64,000 nt of DNA from Balanoglossus misakiensis. Lineage: Eukaryota; Animalia; Hemichordata. The notes under the pieces are model-generated. The model saw only the letters and a program-made list of their open reading frames with translations, was not told the origin of the DNA and did not search any database. The stretch is from assembly GCA_040954595.2 (NCBI GenBank), contig CM082598.2:7393097-7457096 (forward strand), given 5' to 3'. Positions 48,077 to 63,000 of this stretch are shown here, one piece after another. Position 1 is the stretch's first letter. Each line of letters begins with the position of its first letter. A program made the position numbers and the translations under genes.

Positions 48077-51000
48077 TTTTTTGATGATTTTCAACCCATG
48101 ATTTTTTTCAAATATTGACGAAATTTTGAGATTTTGCAAAGTTGAAAAATTGTCATTTTTTGATGATTTTCAACCCATGATTTTTTTTCAAAAATCGACG
48201 AAATTTTGAGATTTTGCAAAGTTGAAAAATTATCATTTTTTGATGATTTTCAACCCATGATTTTTTTCAAATATTGACGAAATTTTGAGATTTTGCAAAG
48301 TTGAAAAATTTACATTTTTTGATGATTTTCAACCCATGATTTTTTTCAAAAATCGACGAAATTTTAAGATTTTGCAATGTTTAAAATGTGTCATTTTTTG
48401 ATGATTTTCATGAGCTATAACCCATGATTTTTTTCAAAAATCGACGAATTTTGAGATTTCGCAAAGTCGAAAAATTGTAATTTTTTGATGATTTTCATGA
48501 TCTATAACCCATGTTTTTTTCAAAAACGACTAATATTTGAGATTTCGCAAAGTCGACAAATTGTCATTTTTTGATGATTATCAACCCATGATTTTTTTCA
48601 AAAATCGACGAAATTTTGAGATTTTGGAAAGTAAAAAATGTGTCTTTTTTGATGATTTTCATGAGCTGTAACCCATGATTTTTTTTCAAAAATCGACGAA
48701 TTTTTGAGATTTTGCGAGATTGAAAAATTGTCATTTTTTGATGATTTTCATGATCTATAACCCATGTTTTTTTCAGAAATCGTCGAAATTTTGAGATTTT
48801 GCAAAGTCGAAAAAAATTGTCATTTTTTATGATTTTCAACCAATTATTTTTTTTCAAAAATTGACGAAATTTAGAGATTTTGCAAAATTGAAAAATTGTC
48901 ATTTTTTGATGATTTTAAACCCATGATTTTTTTCAAAAATTTACGAAATTTTGAGATTTTGCAAAGTTGAAAAATTTTCATTTTTTGATGATTTTCAACC
49001 CATGATTTTTTTCAAATATTGACGAAATTTTGAGATTTTGCAAAGTTGAAAAATTGTCATATTTTGATGATTTTCAACCCATGATTTTTTTTTCAAAAAT
49101 CAACGAAATTTTGAGATTTTGCAAAGTTGAAAAATTGTCATTGTTTGATGATTTTCAACCCATGATTTTTTTCAAATATTGACGAAATTTTGAGATTTTG
49201 CAAAGTTGAAAAATTGTCATTTTTTGATGATTTTCAACCCATGATTTTTTTCAAAAATTTACGAAATTTTGAGATTTTGCAAAGTTGAAAAATTGTCATT
49301 TTTTGATGATTTTCAACCCATGATTTTTTTCAAATATTGACGAAATTTTGAGATTTTGCAAAGTTGAAAAATTGTCATATTTTGATGATTTTCAACCCAT
49401 GATTTTTTTTCAAAAATCGACGAAATTTTGAGATTTTGCAAAGTTGAAAAATTGTCATTTTTTGATGATTTTCAACCCATGATTTTTTTCAAATATTGAC
49501 GAAATTTTGAGATTTTGCAAAGTTGAAAAATTGTCATTTTTTGATGATTTTCAACCCATGATTTTTTTCAAAAATCGACGAAATTTTGAGATATTGCAAA
49601 GTTGAAAAATTTACATTTTTTGATGATTTTCAACCTATAATTTTTTTCAATAATTTACGAATTTTTTTGAGATTGTGCAAAGTTGAAAAATTGTCAATTT
49701 TTGATGATTTTCATGATCTATAACAAATGATTTTTTTCAAATATTGACGAAATTTTGAGATTTTACAAAATAAAAAAATGTGTCATTTTTTGATGATTTT
49801 CATGAGCTATAACCCATGATTTTTTTCAAAAATCGACGAATTTTGAGATTTCGCAAAGTCGAAAAATTGTAATTTTTTGATGATTTTCATGATCTATAAC
49901 CCATGTTTTTTTCAAAAACGACTAATATTTGAGATTTCGCAAAGTCGACAAATTGTCATTTTTTGATGATTATCAACCCATGATTTTTTTCAAAAATCGA
50001 CGAAATTTTGAGATTTTGGAAAGTAAAAAATGTGTCTTTTTTGATGATTTTCATGAGCTGTAACCCATGATTTTTTTTCAAAAATCGACGAATTTTTGAG
50101 ATTTTGCGAGATTGAAAAATTGTCATTTTTTGATGATTTTCATGATCTATAACCCATGTTTTTTTCAGAAATCGTCGAAATTTTGAGATTTTGCAAAGTC
50201 GAAAAAAATTGTCATTTTTTATGATTTTCAACCAATTATTTTTTTTCAAAAATTGACGAAATTTAGAGATTTTGCAAAATTGAAAAATTGTCATTTTTTG
50301 ATGATTTTAAACCCATGATTTTTTTCAAAAATTTACGAAATTTTGAGATTTTGCAAAGTTGAAAAATTTTCATTTTTTGATGATTTTCAACCCATGATTT
50401 TTTTCAAATATTGACGAAATTTTGAGATTTTGCAAAGTTGAAAAATTGTCATATTTTGATGATTTTCAACCCATGATTTTTTTTTCAAAAATCAACGAAA
50501 TTTTGAGATTTTGCAAAGTTGAAAAATTGTCATTGTTTGATGATTTTCAACCCATGATTTTTTTCAAATATTGACGAAATTTTGAGATTTTGCAAAGTTG
50601 AAAAATTGTCATTTTTTGATGATTTTCAACCCATGATTTTTTTCAAAAATTTACGAAATTTTGAGATTTTGCAAAGTTGAAAAATTGTCATATTTTGATG
50701 ATTTTCAACCCATGATTTTTTTTCAAAAATCGACGAAATTTTGAGATTTTGCAAAGTTGAAAAATTGTCATTTTTTGATGATTTTCAACCCATGATTTTT
50801 TTCAAATATTGACGAAATTTTGAGATTTTGCAAAGTTGAAAAATTGTCATTTTTTGATGATTTTCAACCCATGATTTTTTTCAAAAATCGACGAAATTTT
50901 GAGATATTGCAAAGTTGAAAAATTTACATTTTTTGATGATTTTCAACCTATAATTTTTTTCAATAATTTACGAATTTTTTTGAGATTGTGCAAAGTTGAA

Positions 51001-54000
51001 AAATTGTCAATTTTTGATGATTTTCATGATCTATAACAAATGATTTTTTTCAAATATTGACGAAATTTTGAGATTTTACAAAATAAAAAAATGTGTCATT
51101 TTTTGATGATTTTCGTGAGCTATAACCCATGATTTTTTTCAAAAATCGACGAATTTTGAGATTTCGCAAAGTCGAAAAATTGTAATTTTTGGATGATTTT
51201 CATGATCTATAACCCATGTTTTTTTCAAAAACGACTAATATTTGAGATTTCGCAAAGTCGACAAATTGTCATTTTTTGATGATTTTCAACCCATGATTTT
51301 TTTCAAATATTGACGAAATTTTGAGATTTTGCAAAGTTGAAAACTTGTCATTTTTTGATAATTTTCATCAGATATAATCATGATTTTTTTCAAAAATCGA
51401 CGAAATTTTTAGATTTTGCAAAGTTAAAAAAATTGTCATTTTTTGATGATTTTCAACCCATGATTTTTTTCAAATATTGACGAAATTTTGAGATTTTGCA
51501 AAGTTGATAATTGTCATTTTTTGATGATTTTCAACCCATGATTTTTTTCAAAAATCGACGAAATTTTTTGATATTGCAAAGTTGAAAAATTATCATTTTT
51601 TGATGACTTTCAACCTATGATTTTTTTCAAATATTGACGAAATTTTGAGATTTTGCAAAGTTGATAATTGTCATTTTTTGATGATTTTCAACCCATGATT
51701 TTTTTTTCAAAAATCGACGAAATGTTGAGATTTTGCAAAATAAAAAAATGTGTCATTTTTTGATGATTTTCATGAGCTATAACCCATGATTTTTTTCAAA
51801 AACGACTAATATTTGAGATTTCGCAAAGTCGAAAAAATTGTCATTTTTTATGATTTTCAACCAATGATTTTTTTTCAAAAATTGACGAAATTTAGAGATT
51901 TTGCAAAATTGCAAAATTGTCATTTTTTGATGATTACCCATGATTTTTTTCAAAAATTTACGAAATTTTGAGATTTTGCAAAGTTGAAAAATTGTCATTT
52001 TTTGATGATTTTCAACCCATGATTTTTTCAAATATTGACGAAATTTTGAGATTTTGCAAAGTTGAAAAATTGTCATATTTTGATGATTTTCAACCCATGA
52101 TTTTTTTTCAAAAATCGACGAAATTTTGAGATTTTGCAAAGTTGAAAAATTGTCATTTTTTGATGATTTTAAACCCATGATTTTTTTCAAATATTGACGA
52201 AATTTTGAGATTTTGCAAAGTTGAAAAATTGTCATTTTTTGATGATTTTCAACCCATGATTTTTTTCAAAAAACGACGAAATTTTTAGATTTTGCAAAGT
52301 TGAAAAATTTACATTTTTTGATAATTTTCAACCCATGATTTTTTTCAAAAATTGACGAAATTTTGACTTTTTGCAAAGTTGAAAAATTGTCATTTTTTGA
52401 TGATTTTCAAATCATGATTTTTTCAAAAATTGACGAATTTTTGAGGGGATTTTGCAAAGTTAAAAAAATTTGTCATTTTTTGATGATTTTCATAAGTATA
52501 ATCATGATTTTTTTCAAAAATTGACGAAATTTTGAGATTTTGCAAAATAAAAAAATGTGTCATTTTTTGATGATTTTCATGAGCTATAACCCATGTTTTT
52601 TTTCAAAAATCGACGAATTTTGAGATTTTGCAAAGTCGAAAAATTGTCATTTTTTGATGATTTTCATGAGCTATAACCCCTCATTTTTTTAAAAGCGACC
52701 ACATTTTGAGATTTCGCAAAGTCGACAAATTGTCAATTTTTGATGATTTTCAAGAGCTATAAATCTATGATTTTTTTTCAAAAATCGACGAATTTTTGAG
52801 ATTTCGCGAGATTGAAAAATTGTCATTTTTTGATGATTTTCATGATCTATAACCCATGTTTTTTTCAGAAATCGTCGAAATTTTAAGATTTTGCAATGTT
52901 TAAAATTGTAATTTTTTGATGATTTCCATAAGTATAATCATGATTTTTTTCAAAAATTGACGAAATTTTGAGATTTTGCAAAATAAAAATTTGTGTCATT
53001 TTTTGATGATTTTCATGATCTATAACCCATGTTTGTTTCAAAAACGACTAATATTTGAGATTTCGCAAAGTCGACAAATTGTCATTTTTTGATGATTTTC
53101 AACCCATGATTTTTTTCAAAAATCGACGAAATTTTGAGATTTTTGCAAAGTTGAAAAATTGTCATTTTTTATGATTTTCAACCAATGATTTTTTTTCAAA
53201 AATTGACGAAATTTAGAGATTTTGCAAAATTGAAAAATTGTCATTTTTTGATGATTTTAAACCCATGATTTTTTTCAAAAATTTACGAAATTTTGAGATT
53301 TTGCAAAGTTGAAAAATTGTCATTTTTTGATGATTTTCAACCCATGATTTTTTTCAAATATTGACGAAATTTTGAGATTTTGCAAAGTTGAAAAATTGTC
53401 ATTTTTTGATGATTTTCAACCCATGATTTTTTTCAAATATTGACGAAATTTTGAGATTTTGCAAAGTTGAAAAATTGTCATTTTTTGATGATTTTCAACC
53501 CATGATTTTTTTCAAATATTGACGAAATTTTGAGATTTTGCAAAGTTGAAAAATTTACATTTTTTGATGATTTTCAACCCATGATTTTTTTTAAATATTG
53601 ACGAAATTTTGAGATTTTGCAAAGTTGAAAAATTTACATTTTTTGATGATTTTCAACCCATGATTTTTTTTCAAAAATCGACGATATTTTAAGATTTTGC
53701 AATGTTTAAAATTGTAATTTTTTGATGATTTTCTTAAGTATAATCATGATTTTTTTCAAAAATTGACGAAATTTTGAGATTTTGCAAAATAAAAAAATGT
53801 GTCATTTTTTGATGATTTTCATGATCTATAACCCATGTTTGTTTCAAAAACGACTAATATTTGAGATTTCGCAAAGTCGACAAATTGTCATTTTTTGATA
53901 ATTTTCAACCCATGATTTTTTTCAAAAATTGACGAAATTTTGAGATTTTTGCAAAGTTGAAAAATTGTCATTTTTTGTTGATTTTCAACCCATGATTTTT

Positions 54001-57000
54001 TTCAATAATTTACGAATTTTTTTGAGATTGTGCAAAGTTGACAAATTGTCAATTTTTGATGATTTTCATGATCTATAACAAATGACTTTTTTCAAATATT
54101 GACGAAATTTTGAGATTTTGCAAAGTTGAAAAATTGTCATTTTTTGATGATTTTCAACCCATGATTTTTTTCAAAAATCGACGAAATTTTAAGATTTTGC
54201 GATGTTGAAAATTTTCATTTTTTGATAAATTTCACCAGATATAATCATGATTTTTTTCAAAAATTGACGAAATTTTGAGATTTTGCGTAATAAAAAATGT
54301 GTCATTTTTTGATGATTTTCAAGAGCTATAAACCCATGATTTTTTTTTTAAATAGACGAATTTTTGAGATTTCGCAAAGTCGACAAATTGTAATTTTTTG
54401 ATGATTTTCATGATCTATAACGAATGATTTTTTTTCAAATATTGACGAAATTTTGACATTTTGAAAAGTCGAAACAATTGTCATTTTTGATGATTATCAA
54501 CCCATGATTTTTTTCAAATATTTACGAAATTTTGAGATTTTGCAAAGTTGAAAAATTGTCAGTTTTTGATGATTTTCAACACATGGTTTTTTTCATAAAT
54601 GGACGAAATTTTGAGATTTTGCAAAGTTGAAAAATTATCATTTTTTGATGACTTTTAACCTATGATTTTTTTCAAATATTGACGAAATTTTGAGATTTTG
54701 CAAAGTTGATAATTGTCATTTTTTGATGATTTTCAACCCATGATTTTTATCAAAAATCGACGAAATTTTGAGATTTTGCAAAGTTGAAAAATTATCATTT
54801 TTTGATGACTTTCAACCTATGATTTTTTTTCAAATATTGACGAAATTTTGATATTTTGCAAAGTTGATAATTGTCATTTTTTGATGATTTTCAACCCATG
54901 ATTTTTTTCAAATATTTACGAAATTTTGAGATTTTGCAAAGTTGAAAAATTGTCAGTTTTTGATGATTTTCAACACATGATTTTTTTCATAAATGGACGA
55001 AATTTTGAGATTTTGCAAAGTTGAAAAATTATCATTTTTTGATGACTTTTAACCTATGATTTTTTTCAAATATTGACGAAATTTTGAGATTTTGCAAAGT
55101 TGATAATTGTCATTTTTTGATGATTTTCAACCCATGATTTTTATCAAAAATCGACGAAATTTTGAGATTTTGCAAATTTGAAAAATTATCATTTTTTGAT
55201 GACTTTCAACCTATGATTTTTTTCAAATATTGACGAAATTTTGAGATTTTGCAAAGTTGATAATTGTCATTTTTTGATGATTTTCAACCCATGATTTTTT
55301 TCAAAAATCGACGAAATTTTGAGATTTTGCAAAGTTGAAAAATTGTCCTTTTTTGATGATTTCCAACCCATGATTTTTTTTTTAAATCGACGAATTTTTG
55401 AGATTTTGCAAAGTCGACAAATTGTAATTTTTTGATGATTTTCATGATCTATAACCAATGATTTTTTTCAAATATTGACGAAATTTTTACATTTTGAAAA
55501 GTCGAAAAAATTGTCATTTTTTGTTGATTATCAACCCATGATTTTTTTCAAATATTCACGAAATTTTGAGATTTTGCACGGTTGAAAATTTTTCATTTTT
55601 TGATGATTTTCAACCCATGATTTTTTTAAAAAATTGACGAAATTTTGACTTTTTGCAAAGTTGAAAAATAGTGATTTTTTGATGATTTTCAAATCATGAT
55701 TTTTTTCAAATATTGACGAAATTTTGAGATTTTGCAAAGTTGAAAAATTGTCCTTTTTTGATGATTTTCAACCCATGATTTTTTTTTTAAATCGACGAAT
55801 TTTTGAGATTTCGCAAAGTCGAAAAATTTTATTTTTTTGATGATTTTCATGATCTATAACCCATGTTTGTTTCAAAAATGACTAATATTTGAGATTTCGC
55901 AAAGTCGACAAATTGTCATTTTTTGATGATTTTCAACCCATGATTTTTTTCAAATATTGACGAAATTTTGAGATTTTGCAAAGTTGAAAAATTGTCATAT
56001 TTTGATGATTTTCAACCCATGATTTTTTTTCAAAAATCGACGAAATTTTGAGATTTTGCAAAGTTGAAAAATTGTCATTTTTTGATGATTTTCAACCCAT
56101 GATTTTTTTCAAATATTGACGAAATTTTGAGATTTTGCAAAGTTGAAAAATTTACATTTTTTGATGATTTTAACCCATGATTTTTTTTAAATATTGACGA
56201 AATTTTGAGATTTTGCAAAGTTGAAAAATTTACATTTTTTGATGATTTTCAACCCATGATTTTTTTTCAAAAATCGACGAAATTTTAAGATTTTGCAATG
56301 TTTAAAATTGTAATTTTTTGATGATTTTCATAAGTATAATCATGATTTTTTTCAAAAATTGACGAAATTTTAAGATTTTGCAAAATAAAAAAATGTGTCA
56401 TTTTTTGATGATTTTCATGATCTATAACCCATGTTTGTTTCAAAAACGACTAATATTTGAGATTTCGCAAAGTCGACAAATTGTCATTTTTTGATGATTT
56501 TCAACCCATGATTTTTTTCAAAAATCGACGAAATTTTGAGATTTTTGCAAAGTTGAAAAATTGTCATTTTTTGTTGATTTTTAACCCATGATTTTTTTCA
56601 ATAATTTACGAATTTTTTTGAGATTGTGCAAAGTTGAAAAATTGTCAATTTTTGATGATTTTCATGATCTATAACAAATGACTTTTTTCAAATATTGACG
56701 AAATTTTGAGATTTTGCAAAGTTGAAAAATTGTCATTTTTTGATGATTTTCAACCCATGATTTTTTTCAAATATTGACGAAATTTTGAGATTTTGCAAAG
56801 TTGAAAAATTGTCATTTTTTGATGATTTTCAACCCATGATTTTTTTCAAAAATCGACGAAATTTTGAGATTTTGCAAAGTTGAAAAATTTACATTTTTTG
56901 ATGATTTTCAACCCATGATTTTTTTCAAAAATCGACGAAATTTTAAGATTTTGCGATGTTGAAAATTTTCATTTTTTGATAATTTTCACCAGATATAATC

Positions 57001-60000
57001 ATGATTTTTTTCAAAAATTGACGAAATTTTGAGATTTTGCGTAATAAAAAATGTGTCATTTTTTGATGATTTTCATGAGCTATAACCCATAATTTTTGTT
57101 CAAAAATCGACGAATTTTTGAGATTTCGCAAAGTCGAAAAATTGTAATTTTTTGATGATTTTCATGATCTATAACCCATGTTTTTTTCAAAAACGACTAA
57201 TATTTGAGATTTCGCAAAGTTGACAAATTGTTTTTTTTTGATGATTTTCAAGAGCTATAAACCCATGATTTTTTTTTTAAATCGACGAATTTTTGAGATT
57301 TCGCAAAGTCGGCAAATTGTAATTTTTTGATGATTTTCATGATCTATAACCAATGATTTTTTTTCAAATATTGACGAAATTTTGACATTTTGAAAAGTCG
57401 AAACAATTGTCATTTTTGATGATTATCAACCCATGATTTTTTTCAAATATTTACGAAATTTTGAGATTTTGCAAAGTTGAAAAATTGTCAGTTTTTGATG
57501 ATTTTCAACCCATGATTTTTTTCAAAAATTGACGAAATTTTGACTTTTTGCAAAGTTGAAAAATTGTCATTTTTTGATGATTTTCAAATCATGATTTTTT
57601 CAAAAATTGACGAATTTTTTGGGTATTTTGCAAAGTTAAAAAAATTGTCATTTTTTGATGATTTTCAACACATGATTTTTTTCATAAATGGACGAAATTT
57701 TGAGATTTTGCAAAGTTGAAAAATTATCATTTTTTGATGACTTTTAACCTATGATTTTTTTCAAATATTGACGAAATTTTGAGATTTTGCAAAGTTGATA
57801 ATTGTCATTTTTTGATGATTTTGAACCCATGATTTTTATCAAAAATCGACGAAATTTTGAGATTTTGCAAAGTTGAAAAATTATCATTTTTTGATGACTT
57901 TCAACCTATGATTTTTTTCAAATATTGACGAAATTTTGAGATTTTGCAAAGTTGATAATTGTCATTTTTTGATGATTTTCAACCCATGATTTTTTTCAAA
58001 AATCGACGAAATTTTAAGATTTTGCAATGTTGAAAATTGTCATTTTTTGATGATTTTCATAAGATATAATCATGATTTTTTTCAAAAATTGACGAAATGT
58101 TGAGATTTTGCAAAATAAAAAATGTGTCATTTTTTGATGATTTTCATGAGCTATAACCCATGATTTTTTTTTAAAAATCGACTAATATTTGAGATTTCGC
58201 AAAGTCGACAAATTGTCATTTTTTGATGATTTTCAAGAGCTATAAACCCATGATTTTTTTTTTAAATCGACCAATTTTTGAGATTTCGCAAAGTCGACAA
58301 ATTGTAATTTTTTGATGATTTTCATGATCTATAACCAATGATTTTTTTCAAATATTGACGAAATTTTTACATTTTGAAAAGTCGAAAAAATTGTCATTTT
58401 TTGATGATTTTCAACCTATGATTTTTTTCAAAAATCGACGAAATTTTAAGATTTTGCAATGTTGAAAATTGTCATTTTTTGATGATTTTCATCCCATGAT
58501 TTTTTTCAAAAATCGACGAAATTTTGAGATTTTGCAAAGTTGAAAAATTGTCCTTTTTTGATGATTTTCAACCCATGATTTTTTTTCAAAAATCGACGAA
58601 ATTTTGAGATTTTGCAAAGTTGAAAAATTGTCCTTTTTTGATGATTTTCAACCCATGATTTTTTTCAAATATTGACGAAATTTTGAGATTTTGCAAAGTT
58701 GAAAAATTTACATTTTTTGATGATTTTCAACCCATGATTTTTTTCAAAAATCGACGAAATTTTAAGATTTTGCAATGTTGAAAATTGTCATTTTTTGATG
58801 ATTTTCATAAGATATAATCATGATTTTTTTTCAAAAATCGACGAATTTTTGAGATTTCGCAAAGTCGAAAAATGGTAATTTTTGGATGATTTTCATGATC
58901 TATAACCAATGTTTTTTTCAAAAACGACTAATATTTGAGATTTCGCAAAGTTGAAAAATTATCATTTTTTGATGACTTTCAACCTATGATTTTTTTCAAA
59001 TATTGACGAAATTTTGAGATTTTGCAAAGTTGAAAAATTGTCATTTTTTGATGATTTTCAACCCATGATTTTTTTTTAAATATTGACGAAATTTTGAGAT
59101 TTTGCAAAGTTGAAAAATTGTCATATTTTGATGATTTTCAACCCATGATTTTTTTTCAAAAATCGACGAAATTTTGAGATTTTGCAAAGTTGAAAAATTG
59201 TCATTTTTTGATGATTTTCAACCCATGATTTTTTTCAAATATTGACGAAATTTTGAGATTTTGCAAAGTTGAAAAATTGTCATTTTTTGATGATTTTCAA
59301 CCCATGATTTTTTTCAAAAAACGACGAAATTTTGAGATTTTGCAAAGTTGAAAAATTTACATTTTTTGATAATTTTCAACCCATGATTTTTTTCAAAAAT
59401 TGACGAAATTTTGACTTTTTGCAAAGTTGAAAAATTGTCATTTTTTGATGATTTTAAAATCATGATTTTTTCAAAAATTGACGAATTTTTGAGATTTTGC
59501 AAAATAAAAAAATGTGTCATTTTTTGATGATTTTCATGAGCTATAACCCATGTTTTTTTTCAAAAATCGACGAATTTTGAGATTTCGCAAAGTCGAAAAA
59601 TTGTCATTTTTTGATGATTTTCATGAGCTATAACCCCTCATTTTTTTAAAAGCGACCACATTTTGAGATTTCGCAAAGTCGACAAATTGTCAATTTTTGA
59701 TGATTTTCAAGAGCTATAAACCTATGATTTTTTTTCAAAAATCGACGAATTTTTGAGATATCGCGAGATTGAAAAATTGTCATTTTTTGATGATTTTCAT
59801 GATCTATAACCCATGTTTTTTTCAGAAATCGTCGAAATTTTGAGATTTTGCAAAGTCGAAAAAATTGTCATTTTTTATGATTTTCAACCAATGATTTTTT
59901 TTCAAAAATTGACGAAATTTAGAGATTTTGCAAAATTGAGAAATTGTCATTTTTTGATGATTTTCAACCCATGATTTTTTTCAAATATTGACGAAATTTT

Positions 60001-63000
60001 GAGATTTTGCAAAGTTGAAAACTTGTCATTTTTTGATAATTTTCATCAGATATAATCATGATTTTTTTCAAAAATCGACGAAATTTTGAGATTTTGCAAA
60101 GTTAAAAAAATCGTCATTTTTTGATGATTTTCAACCCATGATTTTTTTCAAATATTAACGAAATTTTGAGATTTTGCAAAGTTGATAATTGTCATTTTTT
60201 GATGATTTTCAACCCATGATTTTTTTCAAAAATCGACGAAATTTTTTGATTTTGCAAAGTTGAAAAATTATCATTTTTTGATGACTTTCAACCTATGATT
60301 TTTTTCAAATATTGACGAAATTTTGAGATTTTGCAAAGTTGATAATTGTCATTTTTTGATGATTTTCAACCCATGATTTTTTTTTCAAAAATCGACGAAA
60401 TGTTGAGATTTTGCAAAATAAAAAAATGTGTCATTTTTTGATGATTTTCATGAGCTATAACCCATGATTTTTTTCAAAAATCGACGAATTTTTAGATTTC
60501 GCAAAGTCGAAAAATTGTAATTTTTTGATGATTTTCAACCCATGATTTTAAATATTGACGAAATTTTGAGATTTTGCAAAGTTGAAAAATTGTCATATTT
60601 TGATGATTTTCAACCCATGATTTTTTTTCAAAAATCGACGAAATTTTGAGATTTTGCAAAGTTGAAAAATTGTCATTTTTTGATGATTTTCAACCCATGA
60701 TTCTTTTCAAATATTGACGAAATTTTGAGATTTTGCAAAGTTGAAAAATTTACATTTTTGATGATTTTCAACCCATGATTTTTTTTAAATATTGACGAAA
60801 ATTTGAGATTTTGCAAAGTTGAAAAATTTACATTTTTTGATGATTTTCAACCCATGATTTTTTTTCAAAAATCGACGAAATTTTAAGATTTTGCAATGTT
60901 TAAAATTGTAATTTTTTGATGATTTTCATAAGTATAATCATGATTTTTTTCAAAAATTGACGAAATTTTGAGATTTTGCAAAATAAAAATTTGTGTCATT
61001 TTTTGATGATTTTCATGATCTATAACCCATGTTTGTTTCAAAAACGACTAATATTTGAGATTTCGCAAAGTCGACAAATTGTCATTTTTTGATGATTTTC
61101 AACCCATGATTTTTTTCAAAAATCGACGAAATTTTGAGATTTTTGCAAAGTTGAAAAATTGTCATTTTTTATGATTTTCAATCAATGATTTTTTTTCAAA
61201 AATTGACGAAATTTAGAGATTTTGCAAAATTGAAAAATTGTCATTTTTTGATGATTTTAAACCCATGATTTTTTTCAAAAATTTACGAAATTTTGAGATT
61301 TTGCAAAGTTGAAAAATTGTCATTTTTTGATGATTTTCAACCCATGATTTTTTTCAAATATTGACGAAATTTTGAGATTTTGCAACGTTGAAAAATTGTC
61401 ATATTTTGATGATTTTCAACCCATGATTTTTTTTCAAAAATCGACGAAATTTTGAGATTTTGCAAAGTTGAAAAATTGTCATTTTTTGATGATTTTCAAC
61501 CCATGATTTTTTTCAAATATTGACGAAATTTTGAGATTTTGCAAAGTTGAAAAATTTACATTTTTTGATGATTTTCAACCCATGATTTTTTTTAAATATT
61601 GACGAAATTTTGAGATTTTGCAAAGTTGAAACATTTACATTTTTTGATGATTTTCAACCCATGATTTTTTTTCAAAAATCGACGAAATTTTAAGATTTTG
61701 CAATGTTTAAAATTGTAATTTTTTGATGATTTTCATAAGTATAATCATGATTTTTTTCAAAAATTGACGAAATTTTAAGATTTCGCAAAATAAAAAAATG
61801 TGTCATTTTTTGATGATTTTCATGATCTATAACCCATGTTTGTTTCAAAAACGACTAATATTTGAGATTTCGCAAAGTCGACAAATTGTCATTTTTTGAT
61901 GATTTTCAACCCATGATTTTTTTCAAAAATCGACGAAATTTTGAGATTTTTGCAAAGTTGAAAAATTGTCATTTTTTGTTGATTTTTAACCCATGATTTT
62001 TTTCAATAATTTACGAATTTTTTTGAGATTGTGCAAAGTTGAAAAATTGTCAATTTTTGATGATTTTCATGATCTATAACAAATGACTTTTTTCAAATAT
62101 TGACGAAATTTTGAGATTTTGCAAATTGAAAAATTGTCATTTTTTGATGATTTTCAACCCATGATTTTTTTCAAAAATCGACGAAATTTTGAGATTTTGC
62201 AAAGTTGAAAAATTTACATTTTTTGATGATTTTCAACCCATGATTTTTTTCAAAAATCGACGAAATTTTAAGATTTTGCGATGTTGAAAATTTTCATTTT
62301 TTGATAATTTTCACCAGATATAATCATGATTTTTTTCAAAAATTGACGAAATTTTGAGATTTTGCGTAATAAAAAATGTGTCATTTTTTGATGATTTTCA
62401 TGAGCTATAACCCATAATTTTTGTTCAAAAATCGACGAATTTTTGAGATTTCGCAAAGTCGAAAAATTGTAATTTTTTGATGATTTTCATGATCTATAAC
62501 CCATGTTTTTTTCAAAAACGACTAATATTTGAGATTTCGCAAAGTTGACAAATTGTTTTTTTTGATGATTTTCAAGAGCTATAAACCCATGATTTTTTTT
62601 TTAAATCGACGAATTTTTGAGATTTCGCAAAGTCGGCAAATTGTAATTTTTTGATGATTTTCATGATCTATAACCAATGATTTTTTTTCAAATATTGACG
62701 AAATTTTGACATTTTGAAAAGTCGAAACAATTGTCATTTTTGATGATTATCAACCCATGATTTTTTTCAAATATTTACGAAATTTTGAGATTTTGCAAAG
62801 TTGAAAAATTGTCAGTTTTTGATAATTTTCAACCCATGATTTTTTTCAAAAATTGACGAAATTTTGACTTTTTGCAAAGTTGAAAAATTGTCATTTTTTG
62901 ATGATTTTCAAATCATGATTTTTTTCAAAAATTGACGAATTTTTTGGGTATTTTGCAAAGTTAAAAAAATTGTCATTTTTTGATGATTTTCAACACATGA

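Noticed and set aside
32069-48084. Four repeated 60/62-aa ORFs (MTFDLLFHIL.., MTYFSISW..) as a small gene family
   Set aside because: They start at GTG/TTG inside a repeat cassette and straddle the repeat/unique boundary, with no recognisable domain.
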